Source: Sedimentisphaerales bacterium (GTDB lineage Bacteria; Planctomycetota; Phycisphaerae; Sedimentisphaerales; SM23-30). From it: a DNA stretch of 54,267 nt. The stretch lies in assembly GCA_963663805.2 (NCBI GenBank), contig CAXXMR010000023.1, forward strand, positions 1-54,267, in the 5' to 3' direction. The first letter of the stretch is position 1; every line of letters starts with the position of its first letter. Shown piece by piece: positions 10,306 through 22,868 of this stretch. Both the position numbers and the translations under genes were made by a program. The notes beneath the pieces are model-generated. The model saw only the letters and a program-made list of their open reading frames with translations. It searched no databases and was not told where the DNA came from.

Positions 10306-12328
10306 ATGTACCCATCCCAAAAAAGCTGTTGTCTGATTTTTACATTAGCAATCATTTTCGCCATCACCTCACTCGCACCCGCCGAACTCTGGCTCCCCTC
10401 CATTTTCAGCAGTAACATGGTAATCCAGCAAAAACAACCCTGCAAAATCTGGGGCCGAACCGAAAATAACGCCCCCGTAACCATAACCCCCAGTTGGCTA
10501 AGCACGCCCCAAAAAACCACCGCCGACGCTACCGGCCAATGGCAAAATCACCATCGCCCCCCCCACCATCGGCGGCCCTTACCAGCTAACCATCACCGCC
10601 GGCCCTGATACCGTCACCCTCGACAACATCCTCTGCGGCGAAGTATGGCTCTGCTCCGGCCAGTCAAACATGGAATGGTCCCTGCAAAACTCCACCAACT
10701 TTGAAGAAGAAATGAAAACCGCTGAATTCCCCCCCAAATTCGCGAATTCCACACCCAACGAAAAGCAACCCTCACTTCTCAGGACGACACCGAAGCTGCC
10801 TGGAAACCATTCACCTATTCCACCAACTCCGGTTCGATGAACTATCTCTCTGCCGTCGGCTATTATTTCGCCAAAGAACTGCATCAAAAACTAAATGTCC
10901 CCATCGGCCTAATCGAATCCGCCTGGGGCGGCTCCAGTATTAATCCCTGGATACCAATCGAAGGATACGCCCAGGTCCCCGCCCTCAAAGACCTTTACAA
11001 CAAAATTATCGTCGGCACCCCCGGCACCATCCAATACAAAAAAGCCCACCTCGATTCACTCAACAAAATCCAGACCTGGCTCACCCAGGGACTCATTGAT
11101 GTCAACAACGACAAGCAGCTCGCCGACATGCCCACTCTGCCTACCCAACTTTCCGTAGGCCATCACGGCGACGTCGGACTATATAATGGTATGATTAACC
11201 CCGTCGTCGGATACGCACTCAAAGGGTTCATCTGGTATCAGGGAGAAACCAACCGCTATGACCACATGCTCTACGTCGAAAAAACCCGCGCCCAGGTCGA
11301 AGGCTGGCGCCAGGTCTGGAACAACCCCAACATGCCCTACTACTATGTCCAGATCGCACCCTACAAGTACGGCGACGAAAGCCCCTATGTCCTCGCCGAG
11401 TTCTGGGAAGCACAAACCCAAATCATGAAAGAAGTAGCCCAAACTGGCATGGTCGTCGTTTCTGACTACACTACCCTTGATAACATCCACCCGCCGCACA
11501 AAGAACCTGTCGGTAAACGCCTGGCCGCCTGGGCCCTGGCCAAAGATTACAATATGCCCGGCATCTGCTATTCCGGCCCTATCTTCAAATCAATCAAAAT
11601 CGAAGCCGATAAAATCCGCGTCCTTTTCGATTATACCTGCGGCGGCCTCCAAAGTCGGGACGGTAAAGAACTCAACCATTTCGAAATTGCCAGCGCAGAT
11701 GAAAATTACCTGCCCGCCCAGGCCGAAATTCAAGGCGATACCGTCGTAGTAGCCAGCCCCGAAATCAAAGAACCTAAATTCGTACGATTCGCCTGGCACA
11801 AACTCGCCGTCCCCCAACCTCCAAAACGCCGCCGGCGACCTGCCCGCCAGTGCCTTCCGCTCAAATTTCCTGGACTACATGCCCCCCCAAACTCCCAACC
11901 TCGCCCTCGGCAAAAAAGTCACCTGTAACGACGAAAACACCCACGGCTGGGCCAAAGGTCAGCTAACCGACGGCTCCTGGGAACTTAACGGCTCGCACTG
12001 CTACGCCACCAATGCCGGCGATAACTTCCCCAAACACGTAACCCTCGACCTCGACAAAGTTGTCGAGCTCGACAAAATCATCTTCGGAGTCCCCAATTTC
12101 GGCTCTACCAAAACCATCGAAGTCTATATTAGTACCGACAACCAGAATTTTCAAAAAATCGCCGAGCGAACCTTCAATCTCAAAGAGGACAAAAAAAATC
12201 CAGCTCGCCCCCAAAGACAAATCCGCCCGCTACATCCGCCTGACCTACCCCTGACCACTACGACGAAAAAGTAAGCTACGACCCCCAAATTCGTCTTCAC
12301 TACCGAACTGGAAGTCTACGGAAAATAA
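10306..12328 (+). CDS. Sialate O-acetylesterase (SASA) with C-terminal F5/8-type discoidin-like domain; frameshifted
   Basis: Signal peptide, LPSIFSSNMVIQQ, GEVWLCSGQSNMEW, SAWGGS, WYQGETN, NIHPPHK, then NLALGKKVT...TELEVYGK. Confidence 0.85.
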
Positions 12329-12353
12329 ACTAATCTCGTCAGCAAACCAGAAT

Positions 12354-12392
12354 GCCGACCCTCCTCACCCTCCGGGAGGTCGGCCTTTTTTT
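12354..12392 (+). terminator. Intrinsic terminator after the esterase gene
   Basis: GCCGACC...GGTCGGC stem followed by a T7 run. Confidence 0.65.
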
Positions 12393-12600
12393 ATCCCAAC
12401 ACGCTACCAGAACACTGATTACCCCCTGACCCGCCAAAGGCTTCCCCTCCAAACCGCCCTGCCCTATCAAACCACCTACAGAGAAATTAAATGTCGGACA
12501 CATTTTCATCCTGCACTGTGCCCGCCAAATCTGTATCACTTCATATCGGCCAGCTCTAACAGCGTAGAAAACAAGATGGTCGCCAGTTGGATTAACGCGC

Positions 12601-12636
12601 AAAAAAAGACCTGCCGGAATTAACCAACAGGTCTTT
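12601..12636 (-). terminator. Intrinsic terminator directly downstream of the 16S rRNA gene
   Basis: Minus strand AAAGACCTG...CAGGTCTTTTTTT. Confidence 0.7.
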
Positions 12637-12725
12637 AATATCAAGAAACAGTTGAAAGTTACAAAAGAATGTGCTGACACTACAATCATCAACCCTTGCG
12701 GGTGACGAAGGTCTAGTAGTATCCC

Positions 12726-14277
<1,552 letters not shown>

Positions 14278-14550
14278 TGTATCGTTTGCCGTGAACCGAA
14301 GTTCACGTTTGCATTCGATTTTGGACTCAACACTCACGTCTGTACAACGAGAATGTCGATTGCTCGGCATTGCCGAGCGGATCTTGAATCGAAAACCGAA
14401 GTCTTCGATTTAACCCAAAAATGATTCTGTACAGTCACATCTTCGGGCCACATTCTCAATGTAGCTATTCAACTGTTCACTTGTAAAAGAGCCGCAAACC
14501 CGTTTTTCAGGCCTGCCCTGCGTTAAAGTTCTCTCCAACGCAGACTTACT

Positions 14551-14578
14551 ATTCTAGTCGATTCATTTCCGCTGTCAA
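14551..14578 (-). promoter_or_regulatory. rRNA promoter, proximal (TTGACA-16-TAGAAT) with A/T-tract UP element
   Basis: Read directly on the minus strand; A/T tracts at 14583-14608. Confidence 0.7.
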
Positions 14579-14652
14579 CCGTAAAAAAAAGTTTTTTTGA
14601 CTTTTTTTCCAGCCTTCTTTTCGACAGCGCCTTTTCGTCGGCCAGGTGCAGG

Positions 14653-14681
14653 AATTTAGCGAAACATCACTGAACCGTCAA
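14653..14681 (-). promoter_or_regulatory. rRNA promoter, distal (TTGACG-17-TAAATT)
   Basis: Tandem arrangement ~100 bp upstream of the proximal promoter, with its own A/T tract. Confidence 0.55.
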
Positions 14682-14757
14682 CCGCAAAAAAAACAAATTT
14701 TTAATATTTCTGCCACAAAACAGCAATGGTCGCCACAACCATATCAATACCAAGCAT

Positions 14758-15663
14758 TTACGCAAAGCATCTTTCCAACAACATTTTAGTATTCTCTGCT
14801 GATTCACGCCAGACTATCGCCACAAAAACATCTTTACCCTTTTCGGTAACAGAAGTTAAGCTGCTCCTGCCGTGAATTGTTTCCACAAAATACCGCTGCC
14901 CCGCCAGAGTTATATAACCTTTCAGACGCAGTAATTTATCGCCCAGCTCCGCCAGAGCCCGCTCAAACACTCCCCTATCGCCCGGGCCGGGGCATTCCAC
15001 CGTAACCGCACAAATCTCCGGCGGAGGCGATGCATCCGCCTCGCGACGAAACCGCTCATGCGTCAGCCCCGCCAGATACCCCTCATCGACCACAGCATGG
15101 GCTGTAGTGACATATCTGGCCCGCCCGTTTGTCTGTAACAGAATATCCATCAGCGCCCGCAAATCGCTCTCACGCAGCAAATCCGACTTGTTTATCACAA
15201 TTCCGTCCGCTGCCGCGATTTGTTGATACGCCGCCGACAGATTAGCCGCGACTTTGACATAATTCAGCGCGTCCGCCACGCAAATATTAGCCCGTATCGC
15301 GAACTTACCTGCCAGCGTCGGCGTATCCAGCACCGCCTCAATATCGCATGGCGTAGCTATTCCGGTAACTTCAACCAGTACCATCTCAACTTTTTCATCC
15401 GCGGCAATCTCTGCCAGCGTATTCATAAGAGTCAGCTTCGTGCAGGCACAAAACAGACTGCCCTTGTTGATTTCATATTTACGGTAATCGCCCGGCCGAA
15501 CCAACTGCCCGTCAATACCCACACTGCCGAACTCATTAATAATCAACGCCAGATGCTTTTGCTTTATCCCCGGCATCTGCAGCAGATGATTAACCAGCGT
15601 AGTCTTGCCCGCCCCCAGATAACCCGTAATCAAATAAACTGGAACATCACACCGTTCACTCAT
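14758..15663 (-). CDS. CobW/COG0523-family GTPase metallochaperone
   Basis: ITGYLGAGKTT, IINEFG, GSLFCAC, VEVTG and INKSD motifs. Confidence 0.9.
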   Translation of the reverse strand: MSERCDVPVYLITGYLGAGKTTLVNHLLQMPGIKQKHLALIINEFGSVGIDGQLVRPGDYRKYEINKGSLFCACTKLTLMNTLAEIAADEKVEMVLVEVTGIATPCDIEAVLDTPTLAGKFAIRANICVADALNYVKVAANLSAAYQQIAAADGIVINKSDLLRESDLRALMDILLQTNGRARYVTTAHAVVDEGYLAGLTHERFRREADASPPPEICAVTVECPGPGDRGVFERALAELGDKLLRLKGYITLAGQRYFVETIHGRSSLTSVTEKGKDVFVAIVWRESAENTKMLLERCFA

Positions 15664-15691
15664 ACCTCATACCTTCTGCCTTCTGCCTAAT

Positions 15692-17341
15692 TTACACTTC
15701 CAGGTCTTTAATCCATTCTTTCATAATCGCGGTATCCGGCACGGTCTTCGATGATTTTAGCTTATATGTAGCTGCCATAACCGCCGGAGCCTGAATCGGG
15801 TCAACACCGTACGAACGCATCGTCTTTTCATCATGTATCACCGCAATCCCGACATCAGAAGCCAGCTCGCCAGCTGCCCGTTCCAGATTTTCTTTAATAG
15901 TGGCGGTTTGTGCATTATCCGGGCCAAACACATAGAAGGCCCCGCTCCGCCGCTGAATCTTCATACGGAATTTTTCATTTATCCGCTTCTGAATCGCCGC
16001 GATAAGCTCATCACGGGGCGGAATACGCGAAACAAAGGTGATCGTCCCGTCAATACAAATCGTCGGCACATTACGCACCATCAGGCTCGTCATAAACACC
16101 AGAGACTCGCGATATTTAATCTTATGCTCCCGCCATTCCACAAGCCCCTCAAACTCAGGAGCGACCTTCCGGACCGCGTCCACCATATACTGACAAGGTG
16201 CACAAGCCTCACTGTCCAGAGTCACAATATCCACCACAACCTTGCTGAACTGGCCGTACTCCCGCATATCCATCTTATCCGCCGGGTCATGATCGCTGCT
16301 CAAAGTCTTGACCACATCACGCTGATAAGGGTCTTCCACTACCTTGATAATCGCTTCCAGATTCTCCACCGGGGTCGCGTAAGGCAAATCACAACCCGGC
16401 GCCAGAATAAACCCCGTCTCTCCCGCCAGATCCAGACACGCCACCGCGTTTTGCTGCGACTCAACTGGCGTCCCCAATAAAAGCACGCTGGTAAGCTGCA
16501 AATTCCCGCCAAAACTAATCTTCCGTTTGATACAAATATCCCGCACATATTCCAACGAAATATTTTCGTCGATAGATATATTGTCACAACGACAATCGCA
16601 CATCACCGGTATATTCTGTTCCGCATGCCCGCATACAAAAAACGAGCCAAAAACACCCTTTTCGCGAATAAAATCAAATACCGGCGTAATATAAGGCTGC
16701 ACATATTGCTTAAACTGGTCCGGCCCAATCTGACTGGTCATCGGGTCAACCACCGCGATAATATCACAGCCCGCCTCAATGTAATATTCCGATAACGCAC
16801 AGCATACGTCCTCACAGAATTTCAAAAGCTCACACACACCCTCACGGTCATCGAACATCTTCATAAAAATGTCCGTCCCCAATAAATGCAGTGCCAGCGT
16901 AAACGGCCCCGTAATCAAACCATAAAGAGCAATATCAGGATGAGCCTCACGAATTCGCCGCGTCGCTTCCAAAACCACCGCTATCCGACCATCCGTCGGC
17001 TTCGGTATCGACAAATCACTCAACTTAGTACCGTTGGCCAGAGGATGACTCGTCACGGCCGGCGGATTATCATCCGCCCACGCCAAATCGCAACCCAAAA
17101 TCTCGGCCTCAATCTGCAAATCAAACGTCACCGGAATCCCATCCGGCCGATAACGCCTAACCGACTCAGCCGCACCTTCAACTATCAAATCCGCTGACTT
17201 GAAATATTCCGTAGCTGTCTTGCCCAAAAGGGAAGCCGCGTGACTGCCCACAAAAGGAACCCACGGAACCCGGTCAACTTCTTCGCATTTTATAGCCTTA
17301 ATTACTCGTTCTTTAGAACTCATCACTGTTGCCGACTGCAT
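15692..17341 (-). CDS. Uroporphyrinogen-decarboxylase/MtaA-CmuA family protein fused to C-terminal thioredoxin-like domain(s)
   Basis: EAEILGC, GPFTLA, FVCG, GGNL and ILAPGCDLP motifs, then CAPC...VPTICIDG. SD GGAG before ATG 17341. Confidence 0.85.
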   Translation of the reverse strand: MQSATVMSSKERVIKAIKCEEVDRVPWVPFVGSHAASLLGKTATEYFKSADLIVEGAAESVRRYRPDGIPVTFDLQIEAEILGCDLAWADDNPPAVTSHPLANGTKLSDLSIPKPTDGRIAVVLEATRRIREAHPDIALYGLITGPFTLALHLLGTDIFMKMFDDREGVCELLKFCEDVCCALSEYYIEAGCDIIAVVDPMTSQIGPDQFKQYVQPYITPVFDFIREKGVFGSFFVCGHAEQNIPVMCDCRCDNISIDENISLEYVRDICIKRKISFGGNLQLTSVLLLGTPVESQQNAVACLDLAGETGFILAPGCDLPYATPVENLEAIIKVVEDPYQRDVVKTLSSDHDPADKMDMREYGQFSKVVVDIVTLDSEACAPCQYMVDAVRKVAPEFEGLVEWREHKIKYRESLVFMTSLMVRNVPTICIDGTITFVSRIPPRDELIAAIQKRINEKFRMKIQRRSGAFYVFGPDNAQTATIKENLERAAGELASDVGIAVIHDEKTMRSYGVDPIQAPAVMAATYKLKSSKTVPDTAIMKEWIKDLEV

Positions 17342-17459
17342 AAAAACTCCTGCATATTTCAATGTTGGATTTAACCACCCTCGCTTCTACTTATAAAAAA
17401 TCTGGAACGCCCAGATTCGCACTGCACAGGCAGATATTAACCACAACTCTCCCAAAAGA

Positions 17460-17477
17460 TAGTGATGTAAATCACAA
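17460..17477. promoter_or_regulatory. Rex/CRP-FNR-like palindrome between the divergent UroD-like gene and hemC
   Basis: TAGTGATGTAAATCACAA resembles TTGTGAA-N4-TTCACAA and TGTGA-N6-TCACA. Confidence 0.4.
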
Positions 17478-17595
17478 TGAATCAGGAATACCCCTTTCGT
17501 CTCGACAATAGTAGCAATTAGCCGTTTAATATTGTCGAAATTTTGCTATCCTGCTATAAACAATCGAAACTGGAACTCATAAACGATTAGACTAT

Positions 17596-18549
17596 ATGAA
17601 AAAACAACTTATCATCGGAACCAGAGCCAGCAAACTCGCCCTTGCCCAGACCGAATCGGTCCGTGATGCCCTGCGAGAATTTTACCCCAACCTTGACATC
17701 CAGCTAAAAACTATCCAGACCAAGGGAGACAAAATCCTCGACACCGCCCTGTCTAAAATCGGCGACAAAGGACTGTTTACCAAGGAGATAGAGAACCAAC
17801 TCCTCGCCGGTAAAATCGACCTCGCTGTCCATTCTCTAAAGGACCTGCCCACACAATTGCCCGAAGGACTGACCATCGCCGCCCTGCCGCCCCGCCGGGA
17901 TTGCTCTGATGCCTTCGTCAGTTTTCAATACCAATCAATACAATCACTACCCCCCGCCGCCCTGATTTTTACCGGCTCACTCCGCCGCCGAGCCCAAATG
18001 CTCGCCCTTAGAAATGACCTAGACATCCAGGACATCCGTGGCAATATCCACACCCGCCTCCAAAAACTCAAAGATTCCCAGGCCGATGGCATGATAATGG
18101 CCGCCGCCGGACTAGTACGAAGCCAACTCGAAAAACATATCACCGAACAGCTCAATCCCACCGCCTTTCTACCCGCACCGGGCCAAGGAGCATTAGCAAT
18201 CGAAATCCGCCAAAACGACACCCAAACCGCTCAAATGCTCGAACCACTCAACCATCTGCCCACCCAAATCACCACTACCGCCGAACGAGTTTTTCTGGCA
18301 ACGCTTGAAGGCGGCTGCCAAATCCCCATCGCAGCCCATGCCGTAATAAATGGACAAACCCTCACTCTCCACGGCCTGATCGCCAACCTCGACGGAACTC
18401 AAATCATCCGGGACCATATCACCGGCCCCATCGACAATCCCGCTCAACTAGGTCAAACGCTCGCCCAGACACTGCTCAACAAAGGTGCCCGCGAAATACT
18501 CGACTCTATAATAGTTAAAAACAAAACCCTCCTTTACCCGGAGCCCTGA
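17596..18549 (+). CDS. hemC: Hydroxymethylbilane synthase (porphobilinogen deaminase)
   Basis: IGTRASKLALAQ, GDKGLFTKE, AVHSLKDLP, RGNIHTRL and LEGGCQIPI. Confidence 0.97.
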   Translation: MKKQLIIGTRASKLALAQTESVRDALREFYPNLDIQLKTIQTKGDKILDTALSKIGDKGLFTKEIENQLLAGKIDLAVHSLKDLPTQLPEGLTIAALPPRRDCSDAFVSFQYQSIQSLPPAALIFTGSLRRRAQMLALRNDLDIQDIRGNIHTRLQKLKDSQADGMIMAAAGLVRSQLEKHITEQLNPTAFLPAPGQGALAIEIRQNDTQTAQMLEPLNHLPTQITTTAERVFLATLEGGCQIPIAAHAVINGQTLTLHGLIANLDGTQIIRDHITGPIDNPAQLGQTLAQTLLNKGAREILDSIIVKNKTLLYPEP

Positions 18550-18550
18550 T

Positions 18551-21500
18551 ATGAATCGTATCAAAAAATTGCTCATCTTGTTCTGTATCTGTCTGACCCT
18601 GTTGGCCTTTCCTGTTTTCGCACAGGAACAACCCGCACCATCTCAGTCTCTCGAAAAGGAACTGCCCACTACTGAACAGACCGACCTTGCCATCAGCCAG
18701 ACAAAATCAAGACTTGCTGAACTCAGCAAGGAAGACCCCCAGTCTCAGGAGTTGGATAAACTCGTCGGGATCTACGAACAAATCAAAACCAAACTCCAGG
18801 AACTCCAGAAATACCAGCCCGCCCTCGATGAATTCCAGAAAGCCCGCACCGAAGCCCCCCAACGCCTCAAGGAAGTTAAAGACCAAATTACCCAAACTCC
18901 CACTCAGGCTGAACTACCCTCGGAAATGGCCGCTGAATCGGTCTCAGAGCTGGAACAACACGCAAGCCTGCTCGAAGCAGACCTCGCCCAGGCCCGTAAA
19001 AATCTCGCCGACCGAGACAATGAAGTTAAAAGACGCGCCACCCGCCGTAGCGAAATCCCCAACTCCACCACCGAAGCCAAAAACGACCTTAAAGCTATAG
19101 AGGAACAACTCGCCGCCCTGACCGACGACCCCCAAAAACCAGAACTCAGTCAGGCCCAGCGGAATCTCCTGCGTATCCGTCGCCTCACCCGCCAGAAAGA
19201 ACTTGAACTTTACGAACAGGAAATCCTCAGCTACGATGCTCGCGGCGAACTGCTGCCCGCCCGACGCGAACTTGCTCTGGTACAGGCAAATTTCCTGGAA
19301 CAGAAAGTCAAAAAAGCCCAGGAACTGCTCGCCCAGAAAAAAAGTCTACAGGCCCGTCAGATTCTGGAACAAACCCAGAAAGCACAGCAGGAAGCCCTTG
19401 ATGCTCACCCCGTCATCCGCGACCTGACCGAAACCAATACCAAACTTGCCGAACTGAGCTCAGGCCCCCACGGGCTCGTCGCCGCCAATTCCCTTCACGT
19501 TGCCACCCTGGAAAAAATTAAAACCAATCTGGCCCTGCTCGAAAAGGATTTCAAGAGCGTCAAAGAAAAAGTTCAAACCGTCGGCCTAACCGATGTAATA
19601 GGCGTTATCCTGCTCAAAAGGCGTGACAGTCTGCCTGACATCAGACCCCACCTCCACAATATCAAAAGCCGCAAAGACGAAATTTCCAATGCCCGCTTCG
19701 AATGGCTCAAATACGATGACCAATACCTCGAACTAGCCAACCTCGAACTAGCCGTCCAAAATTTAGCCGCCGAGTACAGCCTCACCACTGAACAGCTGCA
19801 GGATATGGACAACCAGATACGCCAGGCGATTACCGCCCAAAGAGATCTCCTGCAATCGCTTACATCTAACTACGAAACCTTTTTCACCACCCTGTCCGAA
19901 CTCGATGCCGGCGAAAGACAGTACGTCAATGTAATCGGCCAATACTCCGAATTTATCAACGAAAACATCCTCTGGACTAAAAATACCAACGTTATCAATC
20001 TGCAAACCCTGATAACCGCGTCAAAAACTTTCCTGAAAATATGCAGTCCGCGCGGCTGGTGGGGTATCTGCCAGACTTTCTGGAAAGACCTACACAACCA
20101 TCCCATCGTTTATATTTTGTACCTGATTATGTTCAGCCTGTTCGCACTGCTAAAGAAAAAACTCACGCGACGCATGAAACTAATCGCCCTCCGTATCGAA
20201 AAAAAATACGCCGACCGATTCTGGTATTCACCTCAGGCCCTGCTTTATACCATTATCAAAGCACTTTTCCTGCCCGCCATCGTCTTTATCATTTCCTGGC
20301 AAATCAATCACTCACCCCACAAAACCGATTTCGCCGAAACCGTCGCTCTGGGACTGATGAACCTTGCCGGGGCGATTCTCCTGTTCGAGTTCTTCCGCTT
20401 CAGCCTCGCACCCAACGGCCTGCTCATCAAACATTTCAACCTGCCCGAAAAAGCCGCAACATTCCTCTATAGACATCTGTTTTGGCTGGCAATGGCGATG
20501 CTGCCTCTGATTTTCATCATCTTTATCGTCGAACAACAGGGGGTAATTCATGACCGCGAGTCACTCGGACGCCTCGCTCTAATGGCACGACTGATTCTGC
20601 TCACCATATTTTTCGCAATTGTCCTACGCCCATCCGGCCCCCTCATGAAGGTGATACTCGAACATTATCCGCTCGGCTGGCTCGAACGCCTCCGCTACAT
20701 CTGGTACTCTCTGGTAATCTTCCTGCCCCCCATACTGACATTAACCGCCACGCTGGGCTATCAATACGCCGCCCAACAGCTCTCCCAGTGCCTGCTTAAC
20801 ACCATACTGCTGATTCTGGTTATTTCATTCGTCGTTGCCTTCCTGCTACGCTGGGTATCAGTCGCCCAGAAAAAACTTACCTACAAAAAAGCACTCCACA
20901 ACCGCGAACAAGTCGAAGAAACAAAGGAAGACTATCATCAGGACATCGGCCATATCAGCCGCCAGACCAGAAATTACATCAATATCATGGCAATTCTCGC
21001 CACCTTCGTCGGCCTCTGGTTCATCTGGAGCGACAACCTGCCCGCATTGGGAATATTCAACAAGATTGAACTCTGGCAAACAACCATGAACCAGAAACCG
21101 GTATCAATCACCATCACCGACTTGTGTACCGCTGTTTTCATCCTGTTCATCACCTTCATCACCACCCGCAACGTACTGAGCATCCTCGAAATCGGTGTAC
21201 TCCAGCGTCTGCCCCTGGATTCCGGCATGAGATTTGCAATCGTAACTCTCACCCGCTACCTCATCGTCATCACCGGTGTCGTAATGGCCTTCACCGCCAT
21301 CGGCATCGGCTGGGCAAAGGTCCAGTGGCTCGTCGCCGCCATGACTGTCGGCCTCGGCTTCGGCCTCCAGGAAATCTTCGCCAACTTCATCTCAGGCTTA
21401 ATCATACTTTTCGAACAGCCCATGAGAATCGGCGACACCGTAACCGTCGGAGACATCAGCGGAACCGTAACCAGAATCAAAATCCGCGCCACTACCATCC

Positions 21501-21925
21501 TCGGCTGGGACCGAAAGGAGCTGGTCGTGCCCAATAAAGAATTCATCACCGGCCGATTGATAAACTGGAGCCTTTCCGACAATGTCCTCCGCCTGGTTTT
21601 CCCCGTCGGTATCGCCTACGGTTCCGACACCGCTCTAACCGAAAAAACACTTTATGAAGTAGCCCGCAAACACTCCGGAGTACTTAAAGACCCCGAACCA
21701 GTAGTAATTTTCAAAGGTTTCGGCAGCAGTTCCCTTGATTTCGAGCTGCGCGTTTATATCCCCGACATCAACAGCTACCTCAACGTCTGGCACGAAATCA
21801 ACCTCGCCATAGACAACGCCTTCCGCAAAGAAAAAATCGAAATAGCCTTCCCTCAGCAAGACCTCCACGTCCGCTCATTCCAGCCACCCGTCCCCGTCAA
21901 CCTCCAAACCCAAAAACCAGAATAA
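18551..21925 (+). CDS. Large mechanosensitive channel, MscK/MscM-like
   Basis: Signal peptide, long coiled periplasmic region, multiple TM helices, VGLGFGLQEIFANFISGLIILFEQP and GTVTRIKIRAT. Confidence 0.92.
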   Translation: MNRIKKLLILFCICLTLLAFPVFAQEQPAPSQSLEKELPTTEQTDLAISQTKSRLAELSKEDPQSQELDKLVGIYEQIKTKLQELQKYQPALDEFQKARTEAPQRLKEVKDQITQTPTQAELPSEMAAESVSELEQHASLLEADLAQARKNLADRDNEVKRRATRRSEIPNSTTEAKNDLKAIEEQLAALTDDPQKPELSQAQRNLLRIRRLTRQKELELYEQEILSYDARGELLPARRELALVQANFLEQKVKKAQELLAQKKSLQARQILEQTQKAQQEALDAHPVIRDLTETNTKLAELSSGPHGLVAANSLHVATLEKIKTNLALLEKDFKSVKEKVQTVGLTDVIGVILLKRRDSLPDIRPHLHNIKSRKDEISNARFEWLKYDDQYLELANLELAVQNLAAEYSLTTEQLQDMDNQIRQAITAQRDLLQSLTSNYETFFTTLSELDAGERQYVNVIGQYSEFINENILWTKNTNVINLQTLITASKTFLKICSPRGWWGICQTFWKDLHNHPIVYILYLIMFSLFALLKKKLTRRMKLIALRIEKKYADRFWYSPQALLYTIIKALFLPAIVFIISWQINHSPHKTDFAETVALGLMNLAGAILLFEFFRFSLAPNGLLIKHFNLPEKAATFLYRHLFWLAMAMLPLIFIIFIVEQQGVIHDRESLGRLALMARLILLTIFFAIVLRPSGPLMKVILEHYPLGWLERLRYIWYSLVIFLPPILTLTATLGYQYAAQQLSQCLLNTILLILVISFVVAFLLRWVSVAQKKLTYKKALHNREQVEETKEDYHQDIGHISRQTRNYINIMAILATFVGLWFIWSDNLPALGIFNKIELWQTTMNQKPVSITITDLCTAVFILFITFITTRNVLSILEIGVLQRLPLDSGMRFAIVTLTRYLIVITGVVMAFTAIGIGWAKVQWLVAAMTVGLGFGLQEIFANFISGLIILFEQPMRIGDTVTVGDISGTVTRIKIRATTILGWDRKELVVPNKEFITGRLINWSLSDNVLRLVFPVGIAYGSDTALTEKTLYEVARKHSGVLKDPEPVVIFKGFGSSSLDFELRVYIPDINSYLNVWHEINLAIDNAFRKEKIEIAFPQQDLHVRSFQPPVPVNLQTQKPE

Positions 21926-21981
21926 AACCCACCAGATTCAACCACGCCGTCAATCTCACCGCGTCTGCCAACCTCCAAAAT

Positions 21982-22857
21982 CTAATCTCGCGAAACCAAA
22001 GCGATGATCTTCGCCGCCAGCCGTGCCGCCAGAAATTCCGTCGTAATCTGCTTACCACCTAGCGGCATAGTCTCCACCACATCCGCCCCAACTACATTCT
22101 TCCGCTCAATCACCGCCCCCAAAATATCAACAACCTCAAACCAGTTCAGCCCGCCCGGCTCCGGCGTACCTACCCCCGGCGCGTATGCCGGGTCAAACGC
22201 GTCCATATCAAACGTCACATAAACATTATCCGTCAGACGCTCCAAAATCGCCGCTATTGCCCCTTTAGCATCATCCCGCACCATCCGCGGCGTAATAATC
22301 TTCGCTATCTGCGCCGGACATTCTGCCGCTTCTTCACCCGAAAAACTCCGAATCCCCACCTGCACAATATCCGGCGTAATCTCCAGCACCCGCCGCATCA
22401 CCGAGGCATGAGAAAACTTCCCGCCCGTATACTCATCCCGCAAATCCGCATGAGCATCAAACTGTAACACGCTCAGATTATTATGCCGCTGAGCCGCCGC
22501 CCGCACCGCACCGAAACTGATACTATGCTCCCCCCCCAACAGCAGCGGAAACTTACCCTTATCAAACCATCCCCCCACCCGCTCATAAACCGCCTCGACA
22601 ACCCGCCCCACCTCGCCGTCAACATCAATAGCTTCATCGGTGGCGATACCCGCCTCGACAAACTCCCGCCGCGTATCTTCGTCAAACCATTCCATCTGCG
22701 GCGAAACATCTATTATCGCCCGCGGCCCCAAAGACGTACCACCCTGAAAACATACCGTCCCTTCATAAGGCACCGGCACAATCACAAAACGTGCCCGCGC
22801 CACAACAAAAAGCTCTGCCGGCAGCCCCAAAAAAACATCAGGAGTATAATCTTCCAT
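21982..22857 (-). CDS. speB: Agmatinase
   Basis: GGEHSIS, FDAHADLRD, SHAS and TFDMDAFDPAYAPGVGTPEPGG; in the polyamine operon. Confidence 0.9.
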   Translation of the reverse strand: MEDYTPDVFLGLPAELFVVARARFVIVPVPYEGTVCFQGGTSLGPRAIIDVSPQMEWFDEDTRREFVEAGIATDEAIDVDGEVGRVVEAVYERVGGWFDKGKFPLLLGGEHSISFGAVRAAAQRHNNLSVLQFDAHADLRDEYTGGKFSHASVMRRVLEITPDIVQVGIRSFSGEEAAECPAQIAKIITPRMVRDDAKGAIAAILERLTDNVYVTFDMDAFDPAYAPGVGTPEPGGLNWFEVVDILGAVIERKNVVGADVVETMPLGGKQITTEFLAARLAAKIIALVSRD

Positions 22858-22868
22858 AAACAAAATTC

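Noticed and set aside
640..12328. Multiple pseudogenes (C10 protease, fibre protein, esterase, transposase; also 49663-54267)
   Set aside because: Breaks are frame changes, often at homopolymers, with motifs intact on both sides and clustered regionally. This fits sequencing indels better than decay; it cannot be settled without reads.
12400..12720. tRNA in a 16S-23S spacer
   Set aside because: No cloverleaf or T-arm motif, and a terminator follows the 16S gene.
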